A stretch of DNA of 64,000 nucleotides, taken from positions 423,439 to 487,438 of the forward strand of contig CAWKHF010000009.1 of NCBI GenBank assembly GCA_963849325.1. The letters are read 5' to 3'. Each line of letters begins with the position of its first letter. The stretch's first letter is position 1. Both the position numbers and the translations under genes were made by a program. Origin of the DNA: an uncultured Planctomycetota bacterium. GTDB lineage: Bacteria > Planctomycetota > Planctomycetia > Gemmatales > Gemmataceae. Below the pieces are notes generated by a model. That model did no database searches, had not been told where the DNA came from, and saw nothing but the letters and a program-made list of their open reading frames with translations. Of the stretch, positions 11,124 through 20,946 are shown piece by piece.

Positions 11124-12248
11124 ATGGCAATGGTCTTTCGATGGCTGTTTGCGATTGCCCTTCTCGCTTCCTCCTTCGCGGTCGCCTTCTGGGGCGGTTT
11201 GGCCGCCAGGCAATGGAAGCAGGTTACCCAGGCCCAAGAAGAGAAACTTGTTGGCGGCTTGGCTGTCTCCGCCGCGGATCTCGATATGGCGGAGGTCTGG
11301 GAAGAGAAAGGTGTCGTTTGGCGATTGCCGATTCGCAACCGGACGACCACCTCGATTGACATCCGCGAGTTCAAGACTTCGTGTGGCTGCACGGCCATCA
11401 AGCCGCGGAGTTTATCGATCCCAGCCGGGGAGACGGCGACGGTCCAGTTGACCATCGACCTGACGCATCGCTCTCTGTCGGAATATGGCATGGAGCGTCG
11501 TCCGTTCGCCGTATCGATTCAGCCGATTGCGCCCGGTATCCGCTGTGGTGGAGGGAGCTGGCAACTGCATGGGATCGTCCGCAGTCGCGTGACACTCGAT
11601 AGGCAGAACGTCCATTTCGGCGATCAACCGATTCACGGACAACCAGCGGCGGCGCTCCAGGCGCGAGCGACCGTTCATGTACCGTGTCAGCGACTGGAAG
11701 TGGTGGTGAATCCTCTCGTGGCCGCCGCAACCGTCAAGCAGCGTGGGGACGAAACGCAGTTTGACATCACCATCGCCGCGAACCCGGATTTTCCACCGGG
11801 TTCCTTCCAGACCAATGCCGAGATCTACGCCGTGGCACCGAGCGGCAAGCGAGCACTGGCGGCCACTCTGCCCATTGCCGGAGACATGCAGCCGGAGGTT
11901 CGTTTACTGCCGTCGCGGGTTCTTCTGGGGCCAACGTCTGTGGGTGAAATGTCGGAAGCGGTGATAACATTACAAAATCCGTCGGTTGCCGGAGTAGAGG
12001 TCGATCACATCGAGATCGATGATCCCGAGTTGCACATAGAGCCTGCGAGGATCGAGGGCATTTCCTCCGAACGTACTTATCGTCTTCGACAGCGGGCGGC
12101 GAAGGAGGGCGAGCAGACAAGCACAGTTCGGTTCATCATCCGTAAGCCGGGCCACAAAATCGTCACGCTGCCAGTTGAGGTATCGTATCGGGGTGAAGCA
12201 GCCAAGAAAACTTCGGCCAAAAGGACCGAAGGGGGGAGGCAGCCATGA
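11124..12248 (+). CDS. DUF1573 domain exported protein (Ig-like)
   Basis: N-terminal TM/signal; I.N.....I.I..FKTSCGCT......IPAGE; GGGAGG RBS. Confidence 0.75.
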   Translation: MAMVFRWLFAIALLASSFAVAFWGGLAARQWKQVTQAQEEKLVGGLAVSAADLDMAEVWEEKGVVWRLPIRNRTTTSIDIREFKTSCGCTAIKPRSLSIPAGETATVQLTIDLTHRSLSEYGMERRPFAVSIQPIAPGIRCGGGSWQLHGIVRSRVTLDRQNVHFGDQPIHGQPAAALQARATVHVPCQRLEVVVNPLVAAATVKQRGDETQFDITIAANPDFPPGSFQTNAEIYAVAPSGKRALAATLPIAGDMQPEVRLLPSRVLLGPTSVGEMSEAVITLQNPSVAGVEVDHIEIDDPELHIEPARIEGISSERTYRLRQRAAKEGEQTSTVRFIIRKPGHKIVTLPVEVSYRGEAAKKTSAKRTEGGRQP

Positions 12249-13435
12249 GACGAATTGTTCTTCTTGCGTATGTCTTTGGGTGGGCGAGTTGGCTCCTCTT
12301 GTGCGTTCCTCAGACGGTGCGGGGTGCTGATCCGCAATTGGAGAAGGTGTTGGCCGCCTGGCAAGAGCGTCAGAATTGGTTCCAAGCTATTGAATATCAA
12401 GTCAGCGGGACACATAAAGTGCCGCGAGGGGCTTACACCAACATCGATCCATCGCTTCGCGCGGCACCTAACAACCGAGTGAATCCTCCGCAAGACGTGG
12501 AGGGTCCGGAGAGTTTCACGATACTTCTCGACTTCGTAAAGGGGCGTCATCGCCGGGACATCCGGGATCAGCAGTTCGATGCCGGCGCCGGCAAACTCGG
12601 CCTTGTGGCGATGAAGGACGCCTTCAACGGTACGGTGATGAAATGTCTCATTCCCAAAGAACAAAACCCTGGGCAGCAAGTTGGCATTACACAACCGGAA
12701 ATGACGATCGTTTCTGGCAACATGAAGAACGGTGAATTCCGAAGCAATTATTACCCCATTTTCTTCGCTCATGGCCGCATTTACACGGCGATAGAGCCAA
12801 TCCTTCCCGGGGGCTTAAAAAATAAGCCTGACCCGAATTATCTCCACATTCACGGTCGAGGCGTGTACGAGGACCGAGCCTGCTTGATCTTACGCACCCA
12901 AACTTTGCAGATGATGACGACCAGTTTCGATGAATATTGGGTAGACACGGAGAGGGAATGTGCAATCGTTCGTTATCTCGCCTACAGCGGCAAAAATCCA
13001 TCCCAGGAAATTGGAATTCGCTACCAGAAATTCCATGAACACTGGCTTCCTGAAACTTGGCGCTGGATTGTTTATCTTCGAGGTAAAACGCTCTATTACG
13101 AGGACATGCGCGTGAAGCACATCGCCATCAATCCGCCAATAACCGATGCGGATTTTGAACTGGAAGATGTTAAACCGGGAATGCTTGTTACGAAACGAAC
13201 CGACCTGCCAACAAATAACCCAATAACTGCTCCGAAAAGCGAATCATCTGTTTACCGAGTGAAGGACGATGGTGGGTGGGAACAGATTCCGGATCCCGCC
13301 CATGGGATTGGCGATCAGTACAGGAAGCTTGAGTCCCATCGATGGGCTTGGGTGATTCTCGCGGTTCTCCTTGTGGCGGGTCTCGGGTTCGGGACCGCCT
13401 TTTGGGTAAGAAGGCGGAGAAGGCAATTGCAATAA
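12245..13435 (+). CDS. Exported hypothetical protein with C-terminal membrane anchor
   Basis: Signal peptide; YWVD....I.R and IN.PI.D.DF (LolA-like flavour); C-terminal TM plus RRRRR; ATGA overlap with the upstream gene. Confidence 0.7.
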   Translation: MRRIVLLAYVFGWASWLLLCVPQTVRGADPQLEKVLAAWQERQNWFQAIEYQVSGTHKVPRGAYTNIDPSLRAAPNNRVNPPQDVEGPESFTILLDFVKGRHRRDIRDQQFDAGAGKLGLVAMKDAFNGTVMKCLIPKEQNPGQQVGITQPEMTIVSGNMKNGEFRSNYYPIFFAHGRIYTAIEPILPGGLKNKPDPNYLHIHGRGVYEDRACLILRTQTLQMMTTSFDEYWVDTERECAIVRYLAYSGKNPSQEIGIRYQKFHEHWLPETWRWIVYLRGKTLYYEDMRVKHIAINPPITDADFELEDVKPGMLVTKRTDLPTNNPITAPKSESSVYRVKDDGGWEQIPDPAHGIGDQYRKLESHRWAWVILAVLLVAGLGFGTAFWVRRRRRQLQ

Positions 13436-13588
13436 GGGCGGCTTGCGTTCTTCCTCCAAGGGAAAATTGGAACGCCTTCCGAGCCTCATGGCTTCCACCT
13501 CTTGCGCTTGCAAGAGATGCGGCATGCGGCTGACGTTACTGTCCGTTGCCCCGCATCTCCACCATTCACGGTTGAAAGGAGCCTGGAC

Positions 13589-14062
13589 ATGAAAGCTTCG
13601 TGTAAAGCGCTGTTGCTCTTCCTCGCGGTCTGGTTGGTTATGGTTGGGGCGGGTTATTGGTTTGGCCTCGATCGGGCTTATGCCCAATCGGGTAGTTGCG
13701 GCGATTGTGCTACGTGTGCCCAATATACCCAGTATTACTCTGGAGGGGCAGGAATGAGTATAACGTTTACACTGCAGGGAACGACCCAAAACTATTATCC
13801 GCAGGCGTTCGACGGCCTCTCAGGCTGTGCGACTAAATCGCTCGATCTGTATTACGTCACGGCCCAATGCTTTGACAGTGCCGGATCTTCCGCTGCTAAC
13901 CCGCCCGTTATTCTCTCCAGTTGGACCTTCGACAATGCCACGCCCGCTTGTACCATTGGTAGCCCACCCTCCTCATATATACAAGAAATTACGGATGGTA
14001 TCGGGCAAGCATTATTGTCTAACAATGTTACCCAATATACTTGCGACGGAAGTTGTTCTTGA
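13589..14062 (+). CDS. Small secreted Cys-rich protein
   Basis: AAAGGAG RBS; signal peptide ending AYA; 8 Cys in the mature part; rich in S/T/G/Y. Confidence 0.7.
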   Translation: MKASCKALLLFLAVWLVMVGAGYWFGLDRAYAQSGSCGDCATCAQYTQYYSGGAGMSITFTLQGTTQNYYPQAFDGLSGCATKSLDLYYVTAQCFDSAGSSAANPPVILSSWTFDNATPACTIGSPPSSYIQEITDGIGQALLSNNVTQYTCDGSCS

Positions 14063-14112
14063 GTGTTTCTTTGAGCGGCATTACGGAGTCCCGCATGGAG
14101 AAAGGGTCTGGG

Positions 14113-14171
14113 GAGCGGGGTTGCGTCAGCGCCCCGAGAGAGTCCCTCGGGGCGCTGACGCAACCCCGCTC
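14113..14171. repeat. REP-like palindrome
   Basis: GAGCGGGGTTGCGTCAGCGCCCCGAG / CTCGGGGCGCTGACGCAACCCCGCTC perfect inverted repeat. Confidence 0.85.
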
Positions 14172-14203
14172 GCCGCAGAGTGACACCGGAGCCTCAGCCT
14201 GCC

Positions 14204-15430
14204 ATGTCTTCCCAGTATGCTTGGCTCGGCGATTTCCGCACCGGGTTCCTGACCTATCTGCTGACCTCGATCCCTCTCTGGCTGGGCCTTAGCTTTGGCC
14301 ACGACTTCGTTCCCTTCAACCGGAATTGCCCTGACAAATCCGCACCCGATTTCCTGACAGCCTGCTCGCGCTTCGACGGCATTCACTATGCTTCGATCGC
14401 CGAATGCGGTTATTCCTATGAGCCGCAGCGGCGCTCCACGGTCGCCTTCTTTCCGGCTTATCCCCTGGCGGGACGGTTTGTCATGATGCTGACGGGATGG
14501 GATGCTCGCCTGGCGCTGCTCGTGGTATCGAACCTGATGCTGCTGGGCGCGTTCATCGTCTTCTCGGCCTACCTCCGCTCGCGTTGGCCCGATGCTGACC
14601 GGCGCAGCCGGCTTGTTGTGTTGGCCGTGTTCGGCCTGTGGCCCGCGGGGTTTTTCTTCCGCATGGCCTATTCGGAAAGTACCTTTCTATTGGTCATGCT
14701 CCTGGTCCTGCTTGGCATGGTCCGCCGCTGGCCGCTGCCGATCCTCGCCGGCTTGAGCGGCCTCGTCACGGCCGTGCGGCCGGTCGGCGTCGCCGTCACG
14801 GCGGCCTTGCTCTGGCACGTCCTTACCGATGTCCAGCGCGGCCCCATCTCCCGCCGCCTGTATCTGGGGCTTTTGTGTTTGCCGCTCGCCCTGTGGGGCT
14901 TATTGGCTTACATGACGTACCAAGGCTATCAATTTAACACTCCTCTCGCCTTCGCCCAGACCCAGGAGCACTGGAGTCACCCGAGATCCTCCAAACGCGA
15001 CTTCGACGGCAAAGTTGAATCGCTGCTGACGGCGGAGCCGGTCTGGGGCGTCTATGTGCCGGACTCGATTCGGAACTGGAAGCGACTCGACCGTCACGAC
15101 AACCTGTTCTTCAACCTGTTCTTCTGGAACCCAATCCTTTTCGTCGGGATGGTCGTTCTGGTCCTGGTCGGCGCCGGCAAGTCTTGGTTGTCGGGTCCGG
15201 AAGTCGTAGTTGGTCTCGGCTTGCTCGGCATCCCTTACGTCACACGAGCCTACGAGATGTCGATGGCTTCGCATGCGCGTTTCGCCGCCATCGTCGTCCC
15301 CGCCTATCTCGTGATGGGTCGCATCCTTGCGAATCGGGCGGAGTGGCTAACGTGGTGCGTCGTCAGCCTTCTATCCGTTCTGCTCATGGCATGGACCGCT
15401 CTCTTCTCCTCAGGGTTTTTTTTGTTTTGA
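14204..15430 (+). CDS. GT-C fold mannosyltransferase (PIG-V-like)
   Basis: RFDGIHY.SIA..GY, AFFPAYPL, YSES.FL, RPVG, PLAF..Q..W; multi-TM. Confidence 0.8.
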   Translation: MSSQYAWLGDFRTGFLTYLLTSIPLWLGLSFGHDFVPFNRNCPDKSAPDFLTACSRFDGIHYASIAECGYSYEPQRRSTVAFFPAYPLAGRFVMMLTGWDARLALLVVSNLMLLGAFIVFSAYLRSRWPDADRRSRLVVLAVFGLWPAGFFFRMAYSESTFLLVMLLVLLGMVRRWPLPILAGLSGLVTAVRPVGVAVTAALLWHVLTDVQRGPISRRLYLGLLCLPLALWGLLAYMTYQGYQFNTPLAFAQTQEHWSHPRSSKRDFDGKVESLLTAEPVWGVYVPDSIRNWKRLDRHDNLFFNLFFWNPILFVGMVVLVLVGAGKSWLSGPEVVVGLGLLGIPYVTRAYEMSMASHARFAAIVVPAYLVMGRILANRAEWLTWCVVSLLSVLLMAWTALFSSGFFLF

Positions 15431-15565
15431 TTCATCTCCGATGCCATCGACCTTGCCCTCTATCGCGCCCTCGCCACGGCCGCGAGGGGAGAGCGCAGTC
15501 TCGCCGCCTTGACGATTCGACTTTTTCTTTCCCCTGGAGCGCGGTTGCCCTTATCATAGAACCTC

Positions 15566-16960
15566 ATGGGCACCCTCTCGACTTTCGGAGCACCGCCGCG
15601 CCCCACGCGGGTACGTTTCGGCGTGCTGGGCTTCGCGTGCAGCCTGTCGCTGCTGACCTACCTCGACCGCATTTGCGTCATGCGGGCCAAGGAGAACATG
15701 CAGCACGATCTCGGCTTCAGTAACGTCGAGATGGGCTGGATCTTCTCGGCGTTCACCCTGGGGTACATGCTCTTCGAGGTGCCGGGCGGCTGGATGGGCG
15801 ACATCTGGGGTCCACGGCGCGTCATCGCGCGCATCGTCGTGTGCTGGTCGCTGTTCACCGCCCTGACCGGCTGCGTCTGGAGCTTTTCGCTCGGCAGTGG
15901 TTCGCTGGTGCTCAACAGCCTGGCGGCGCTGCTGCTGATCCGTTTCCTGTTCGGCGTCGGCGAGGCGGGGGCCTACCCTAACCTGACGCGCGTCGTGGGC
16001 CACTGGTTCCCCTTCCACGAACGCGCCTTCGCCCAGGGTGCGATCTGGATGTGTGCTCGCCTTGGCGGCGCCTTCGCCCCGTTCTTCATCGGCCGATTAT
16101 CGGCGGCGCTGGGTTGGCGGCAAGCCTTCTGGGTGCTCGGCGCGGCCGGCGTGTGCTGGTGTACTGTCTTCTGGTGGTGGTTCCGTGACCGACCCGACGA
16201 GAAACCTGAGTGCAACGAGGCCGAGCGCGATCTCATCCAGGGTGACGCCCTGGATCGGGGAGAGTGCCGGGAGAACTCGCCGTCTCCCGACGAGTCGGGA
16301 CATGCCTGGCCGCCGTGGCGCCGCCTGGTGTTCAGTCTCACGATCTGGTCGTTCTGTGCCGCTTCTTGTTTCGTCTGCTTCGGCTGGTATTTCTATCCCA
16401 CCTGGCAGCCGCAGTACCTCCAGGACGTTTACGGCATTAGCTACGAGGGTTCGGAGTTGCTGACGGGGGCGCCGTTCCTGTGCGGCGCGGTCGGTTCGCT
16501 GTTGGGCGGACGACTGTCCGATTCCCTGGTGCGGCGAACGGGCAATCGACGCTGGGGGCGTAGTGTGCTGGGCGTGGTCGGCTTCACCGCGGCGGGGCTG
16601 TGCGTACTTGGCACCGGCTTCACGACCACGGCCTGGCAAGCGGTCACTTTGCTTTGCCTGGCGTTCCTGGTCAACGATCTGGCCATCCCGGTCATCTGGG
16701 CTGCCTGTGCCGACGTCGGTGGTCGCTACGCCGGCACCGTGGCCGGCATCATGAACATGGCCGGCGGCGTCGGCGCCATCCTCAGCCCGATCCTGATTCC
16801 GCCCGTCTTCGCCCGTCTTCCGGCCGCGTACAGTCCCGCCGAGCGTTGGCGGATCATCTTCGCCGGCCTGGCCGTCTCCTGGTTCCTCGGCGCCCTGTCC
16901 TGGGTCTTCATCGACGCCAGCAAACCACTCTTCCCGGAAGAGTCCGCGGCTCCCAAATGA
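15566..16960 (+). CDS. MFS transporter (anion:cation symporter type)
   Basis: TYLDR, FEVPGGW.GD..G.R, RFLFGVGEAGAYP and WFP..ER. Confidence 0.9.
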   Translation: MGTLSTFGAPPRPTRVRFGVLGFACSLSLLTYLDRICVMRAKENMQHDLGFSNVEMGWIFSAFTLGYMLFEVPGGWMGDIWGPRRVIARIVVCWSLFTALTGCVWSFSLGSGSLVLNSLAALLLIRFLFGVGEAGAYPNLTRVVGHWFPFHERAFAQGAIWMCARLGGAFAPFFIGRLSAALGWRQAFWVLGAAGVCWCTVFWWWFRDRPDEKPECNEAERDLIQGDALDRGECRENSPSPDESGHAWPPWRRLVFSLTIWSFCAASCFVCFGWYFYPTWQPQYLQDVYGISYEGSELLTGAPFLCGAVGSLLGGRLSDSLVRRTGNRRWGRSVLGVVGFTAAGLCVLGTGFTTTAWQAVTLLCLAFLVNDLAIPVIWAACADVGGRYAGTVAGIMNMAGGVGAILSPILIPPVFARLPAAYSPAERWRIIFAGLAVSWFLGALSWVFIDASKPLFPEESAAPK

Positions 16961-17011
16961 AACCCTCCCCTCCGATCCATTGTTGCTCGCAATTCGTACT
17001 ACTAACTGCGG

Positions 17012-18880
17012 ATGGCAGAGAATGGACCACGGACTACGAACGTGCTGGGACCTATTTTCAATCGAGAATTCCTGACAGTGCCACGCCGCTGGCGTCACTA
17101 CGTTACGCGGGTGGCCTACCTGGGTGCGCTGTGGATCATCGGCGTGACGGCCTGGCTGGCGACAGGCGGCTGGCTGCGGCCGGCGACGCTCGGCGACACG
17201 GCGCGGTTCGGCCCGCTGCTGTTTCAGGTTCTCACCTTCGTCGAGCTGGCCCTGTTGCTGTTTTTCTCCGCCCTGTCCGCCGCCAGCGCCGTCGCCCTGG
17301 AGAAGGATCGTCGCACGTTCCTCTTGCTCCTGTTGACCGACCTACGCAACAGCGAGATTGTGCTCGGCAAACTGCTGGGCAGCGTGCTGCCGATCGGCCT
17401 GCTACTGGCGGCGACGGTGCCGCTGCTCATGCTGTTGCTGCTGCTGGGCGGCATCGATCCGCGTCAGGTTCTGCAAGCCCTCGTGATCGTGGCGGCGGCG
17501 GCGTTGGCGGCCGGTTCCCTGGGAGGGCTGGTCGCCCTGTGGCGCGACCGCACCTTCCAATCGCTGGCGCTGACGGTGCTGTTGCTGGTCCTCTACCTCT
17601 GCCTGGTGCGCGGCCTATCCGTGCTGCCGGCCTGGAGCGACCGGTTTTCCGCGGCGGACGTGCAGCGCTGGCAGGAGTGGCTCGATCCGTTCCTGGCCCT
17701 TCGTAGCGTGCAGGATCCGACGGCGCTGCTCGAGCCGGGATTGTCTCCGGCATACGGTTTCGCCCTGGTCATGGTTTTGCTCAGCGCTGTGCTCAACGGT
17801 TGGGGCTTGCTGCGTCTGCGTGTCTGGAACCCCAGCGGCGAGCCGATCATGCAGCGCGAGCAGCCCGAGGACGTCGATGACCGGGACCATGCGCCGGCCG
17901 GCGACTCGAAGACGCGGGCCAGCGTCCACGCCGCTCCCGGTGTGCTGCGCCCGGTCGGGCCGAACCCGATCCTGTGGCGCGAGATGGCCACGCGGGCCTA
18001 CGGTCGTCGGCCGCTGCTGGTCAAGACGGCTTATTTCGTGGTGCTGGCCTTCATCTGCTGGTACGCGCTGACGCCCTTGATCGTGCAGCGAGAACATTTG
18101 CCGTTCGTGGCCGCCTATGGCCTGATCCCGGTGGGTGTGCTCAGCCTGCTGCTGGTGTCGGCGCAGGCGGCCACGGCCATCACCTCGGAGCGCGACACGG
18201 GAGCGCTGGACCTGCTCCTGGTCACGGACCTGACGCCCAGGGAGTTCATCTTCGGCAAGCTGGGCGGCATCGCCTACAACACGAAGGAGTATCTGCTGCC
18301 GCCGCTGTTGCTGGCGGGGGTGTACGCCTTCCACGGCTGCCTGGCCACGCCGCCGTCGGGCCATCCGGAGATGCGCGGCTCAATGAATGCCCTGTCGTTG
18401 TTGTGTGTGGCCGGCTCGGGTCTGGTGTTGTTGGCCTTCGCGATGGTGCTGGGCATTCACGTGGCCCTGCGCACGCCCAACAGCCGCCTCGCCATTCTCA
18501 ACACGCTGAGCACGATCTTCTTTTTGACGGTGGGCACGCTGGTGTGCATCGCCTTGATCCTCATCAACGGCCGATTCGAATATCAATGGGGCAGTTTCGT
18601 CTTTTTCCTGGTGGCGGGCGTGGGCGGCTTGTGGTGGGTGCTGTCGGGCGATCGGCCGTCAGCGGCACTGACGTGGGCGAGTTGGTTCTGTCCTCTGAGC
18701 GTGCTGTACACGGTGATGAACCTGCTCGTCGCCAAGCCCGGCTCGATGGAGTCGGCCGACCCGCTCATCCCGTTCGGCGTGATTGTCGGCGCCTTCGGCT
18801 TCACGGTGGCGGCCATGCTGGTGCCGCTGGTCAGCGAGTTCGACGTCGCCATGGGCCGTACCTCCAGCGGGGCCGACTGA
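17012..18880 (+). CDS. ABC-2 type permease-like membrane protein (two repeats)
   Basis: GPIF.RE, EKDRRT..LLLLTDL..EIVLGKL and SERDTGALDLLLVTDL..GKL; start may be GTG 17042. Confidence 0.8.
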   Translation: MAENGPRTTNVLGPIFNREFLTVPRRWRHYVTRVAYLGALWIIGVTAWLATGGWLRPATLGDTARFGPLLFQVLTFVELALLLFFSALSAASAVALEKDRRTFLLLLLTDLRNSEIVLGKLLGSVLPIGLLLAATVPLLMLLLLLGGIDPRQVLQALVIVAAAALAAGSLGGLVALWRDRTFQSLALTVLLLVLYLCLVRGLSVLPAWSDRFSAADVQRWQEWLDPFLALRSVQDPTALLEPGLSPAYGFALVMVLLSAVLNGWGLLRLRVWNPSGEPIMQREQPEDVDDRDHAPAGDSKTRASVHAAPGVLRPVGPNPILWREMATRAYGRRPLLVKTAYFVVLAFICWYALTPLIVQREHLPFVAAYGLIPVGVLSLLLVSAQAATAITSERDTGALDLLLVTDLTPREFIFGKLGGIAYNTKEYLLPPLLLAGVYAFHGCLATPPSGHPEMRGSMNALSLLCVAGSGLVLLAFAMVLGIHVALRTPNSRLAILNTLSTIFFLTVGTLVCIALILINGRFEYQWGSFVFFLVAGVGGLWWVLSGDRPSAALTWASWFCPLSVLYTVMNLLVAKPGSMESADPLIPFGVIVGAFGFTVAAMLVPLVSEFDVAMGRTSSGAD

Positions 18881-18898
18881 AGGGCTCTGATTTTGCCC

Positions 18899-18929
18899 TT
18901 GTCAGCCGACGCGGGATTTGCCATATATT
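18899..18929 (+). promoter_or_regulatory. Probable original tRNA-Lys promoter, now in front of attL
   Basis: TTGTCA at 18899 and TGCCATATATT just upstream of the tRNA 5' fragment. Confidence 0.45.
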
Positions 18930-18943
18930 CGGAGTGGCACAAC

Positions 18944-18981
<38 letters not shown>

Positions 18982-19176
18982 GAAGACCAAATGACTCCAA
19001 GTCAGCAATGACGCACCCGCCGATAAACTCACAAAACGGCTAGAAATACGAGAAAAATAGCAAGATTTTGCAAATCGACCTACAGAAAAACATGCACGCT
19101 TGTTGATGCGTGTGTCAAAAATGTGTCTTTTTCGCCCGTACTTAACGAAAAAGGCATCCATGCCCTTTTCATAAGA

Positions 19177-20364
19177 TCAGACCTCCGGTATCAGCTTCTC
19201 GGCAAACTCAGCAAACTTCTTGCCGCTGTCGATCTTGTCCATGTCGAGGTAGTACCGCCGCGCCGTCTGCGCGTCCATGCCCAGCATCCTCGCCGCTACC
19301 TCAGCCGAAATACCCTCCGCGAATAGCAGCGTGATCGCCCGCTTCCGCAGCATGTGCGACTTGAGCTTCTTCCCGGTCGTCTTCTGGAAAAGACGAAACA
19401 GGCTCCGCACGAACGTAGCGAGCGCTTTCGGCGAAAACACCGTCAACAGCCGACCGACCCGTCTGCCTTGTGCCTCCCGGCATTGCCGGTACTGCTCAGG
19501 AAATCGCTCCCACAGGTACTCTGTGCCCTTCAACTCGTCGAGGGCGCGGTACAGCTTGGGAGGCAACTCAACGCGGCGAAAGTCGCGTGCCTTGAGTTGC
19601 TCTGGGTCAAGATGAATGGCCCCGTTCCGAAGCTGGTCGCTGCGCACCGAGCACAAGTCCATCAAGCGACAGCCCAGTAGGCACTTGGTCTGGAGGTACA
19701 GGATCGGCATCTCCCAGTTCGGGTAACGGTCCTTCACGAACTGGAAGAATTGAAGCAGCACATCCTCATCTGGGGCTTCAGGACGCTTCCGGTCCACCTT
19801 GGCGTAAGCCACCGCCAGCCACGGGTTGTCCTTCACCATCTTGAGTTCCTTGAGCCATTTGCTCCAGATGGCCCGCGTCTGCCGCAGATAGGTGTTGAAA
19901 CTCTGCGTGCTCCGTCTGTAGACCTTGGCGTCTGCGGCCTTGCCACGCTTGAAGCTGCCGCTCAGGTACTCGTCCTTGAAACGCTGGGCCTCATACGGCC
20001 CGATGTCCAGCGGCCCGGTCGTGTCTGGCAAGACGGTTTGGACCACGCGGATCGTCGAGGCGTAGTTGGCGTAGCTGATCGGGCGATTGCCATTCGCCGT
20101 CATGGCCGATTGCAATTTTTGGAGCATCTCGTCCCACGAGATGTGGACGGGCCTCTGGAACTGCATCGGACAGTAGACGCGCTCGACGATCTTGGCCGCT
20201 TCGTTGCGGGCTTCGCCCTGCTCACGCATCCCAGTGCTGATCCGCTCGTAGTCACCCTTCGGCCCGTAGAAGCGGACGAAGTAAAACTTGCCGCGCTTCG
20301 AGAGGGTATAGCCGACCTTTCCGTGGTCAGGGATCTCGAAGAACTCCTTGAACCGCCTACCCAT
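19177..20364 (-). CDS. int: Tyrosine recombinase/integrase
   Basis: N-terminal arm-binding-like YFVRF...RISTG; LLGCRLMDL (R), KSHMLRK (HxxR), LGMD..TARRYY (Y); RBS AAAGGGG before ATG 20364. Confidence 0.9.
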   Translation of the reverse strand: MGRRFKEFFEIPDHGKVGYTLSKRGKFYFVRFYGPKGDYERISTGMREQGEARNEAAKIVERVYCPMQFQRPVHISWDEMLQKLQSAMTANGNRPISYANYASTIRVVQTVLPDTTGPLDIGPYEAQRFKDEYLSGSFKRGKAADAKVYRRSTQSFNTYLRQTRAIWSKWLKELKMVKDNPWLAVAYAKVDRKRPEAPDEDVLLQFFQFVKDRYPNWEMPILYLQTKCLLGCRLMDLCSVRSDQLRNGAIHLDPEQLKARDFRRVELPPKLYRALDELKGTEYLWERFPEQYRQCREAQGRRVGRLLTVFSPKALATFVRSLFRLFQKTTGKKLKSHMLRKRAITLLFAEGISAEVAARMLGMDAQTARRYYLDMDKIDSGKKFAEFAEKLIPEV

Positions 20365-20449
20365 AGGGTCGCCCCTTTCAACAGGGGACGGGTCGGCTAG
20401 AATGCAAGTGCCAAGAGCATCTGGGGCCGACACGCCCCGGTGTTTCTGC

Positions 20450-20487
20450 CCCGCAGCACCGCGCCAACGGTGCTGCGGGTTTTCTTT
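20450..20487 (+). terminator. Intrinsic terminator-like hairpin, antisense to the integrase leader
   Basis: 12-bp stem CCCGCAGCACCG/CGGTGCTGCGGG followed by TTTTCTTT. Confidence 0.65.
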
Positions 20488-20591
20488 CTTGCCGGGGACC
20501 GTCCCCAGCACCGCTGCATCGTAACCTGAACGCGAAGCCGCGTTCAAGGATAGTTGTGCCACAATTATTCTGAATGGTTTAGGAAGAGGGC

Positions 20592-20777
20592 ATGGGTCGG
20601 AAGAAGCTGCCGCCCGGTGTGGGCCGCGAGAACACGCTCCGCATTCGCCTGACGGTGGCCGAGCGTGCCGTTGTGGATCGAGCCGCTCGCCAGAGAGGGT
20701 TCCGCAGCACGTCCGCATGGGCGCGGCAAGAGTTGCTTCGGCTGGCCCGTCGCGCTGGTGCTGGAGAAGGTTCTTGA
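20592..20777 (+). CDS. Small ribbon-helix-helix DNA-binding protein (MobC/DUF1778-like)
   Basis: MGRKKLP...LRIRLTVAER..VDRAA.....STSAWAR; divergent from int; purine-rich RBS. Confidence 0.7.
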   Translation: MGRKKLPPGVGRENTLRIRLTVAERAVVDRAARQRGFRSTSAWARQELLRLARRAGAGEGS

Positions 20778-20946
20778 GACCGCGATGGCGGTGCTGATGG
20801 AAAAGCGAGACGTGCATAGCACAACCCTCTGAACGTACCTTCTACGGCTCAGCCGCGTGGAGGCGGTCCCAAGCGGGTTGTGTAACTCCTAGATTATTTG
20901 GTGTTCTTGGAAAAGGAAAGAGGCTTGGTCGAGGAAAGACTATCCG

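Noticed and set aside
19177-20817. 546-aa extended integrase
   Set aside because: The extension overlaps the opposite-strand RHH gene and hairpins; a good RBS precedes ATG 20364.
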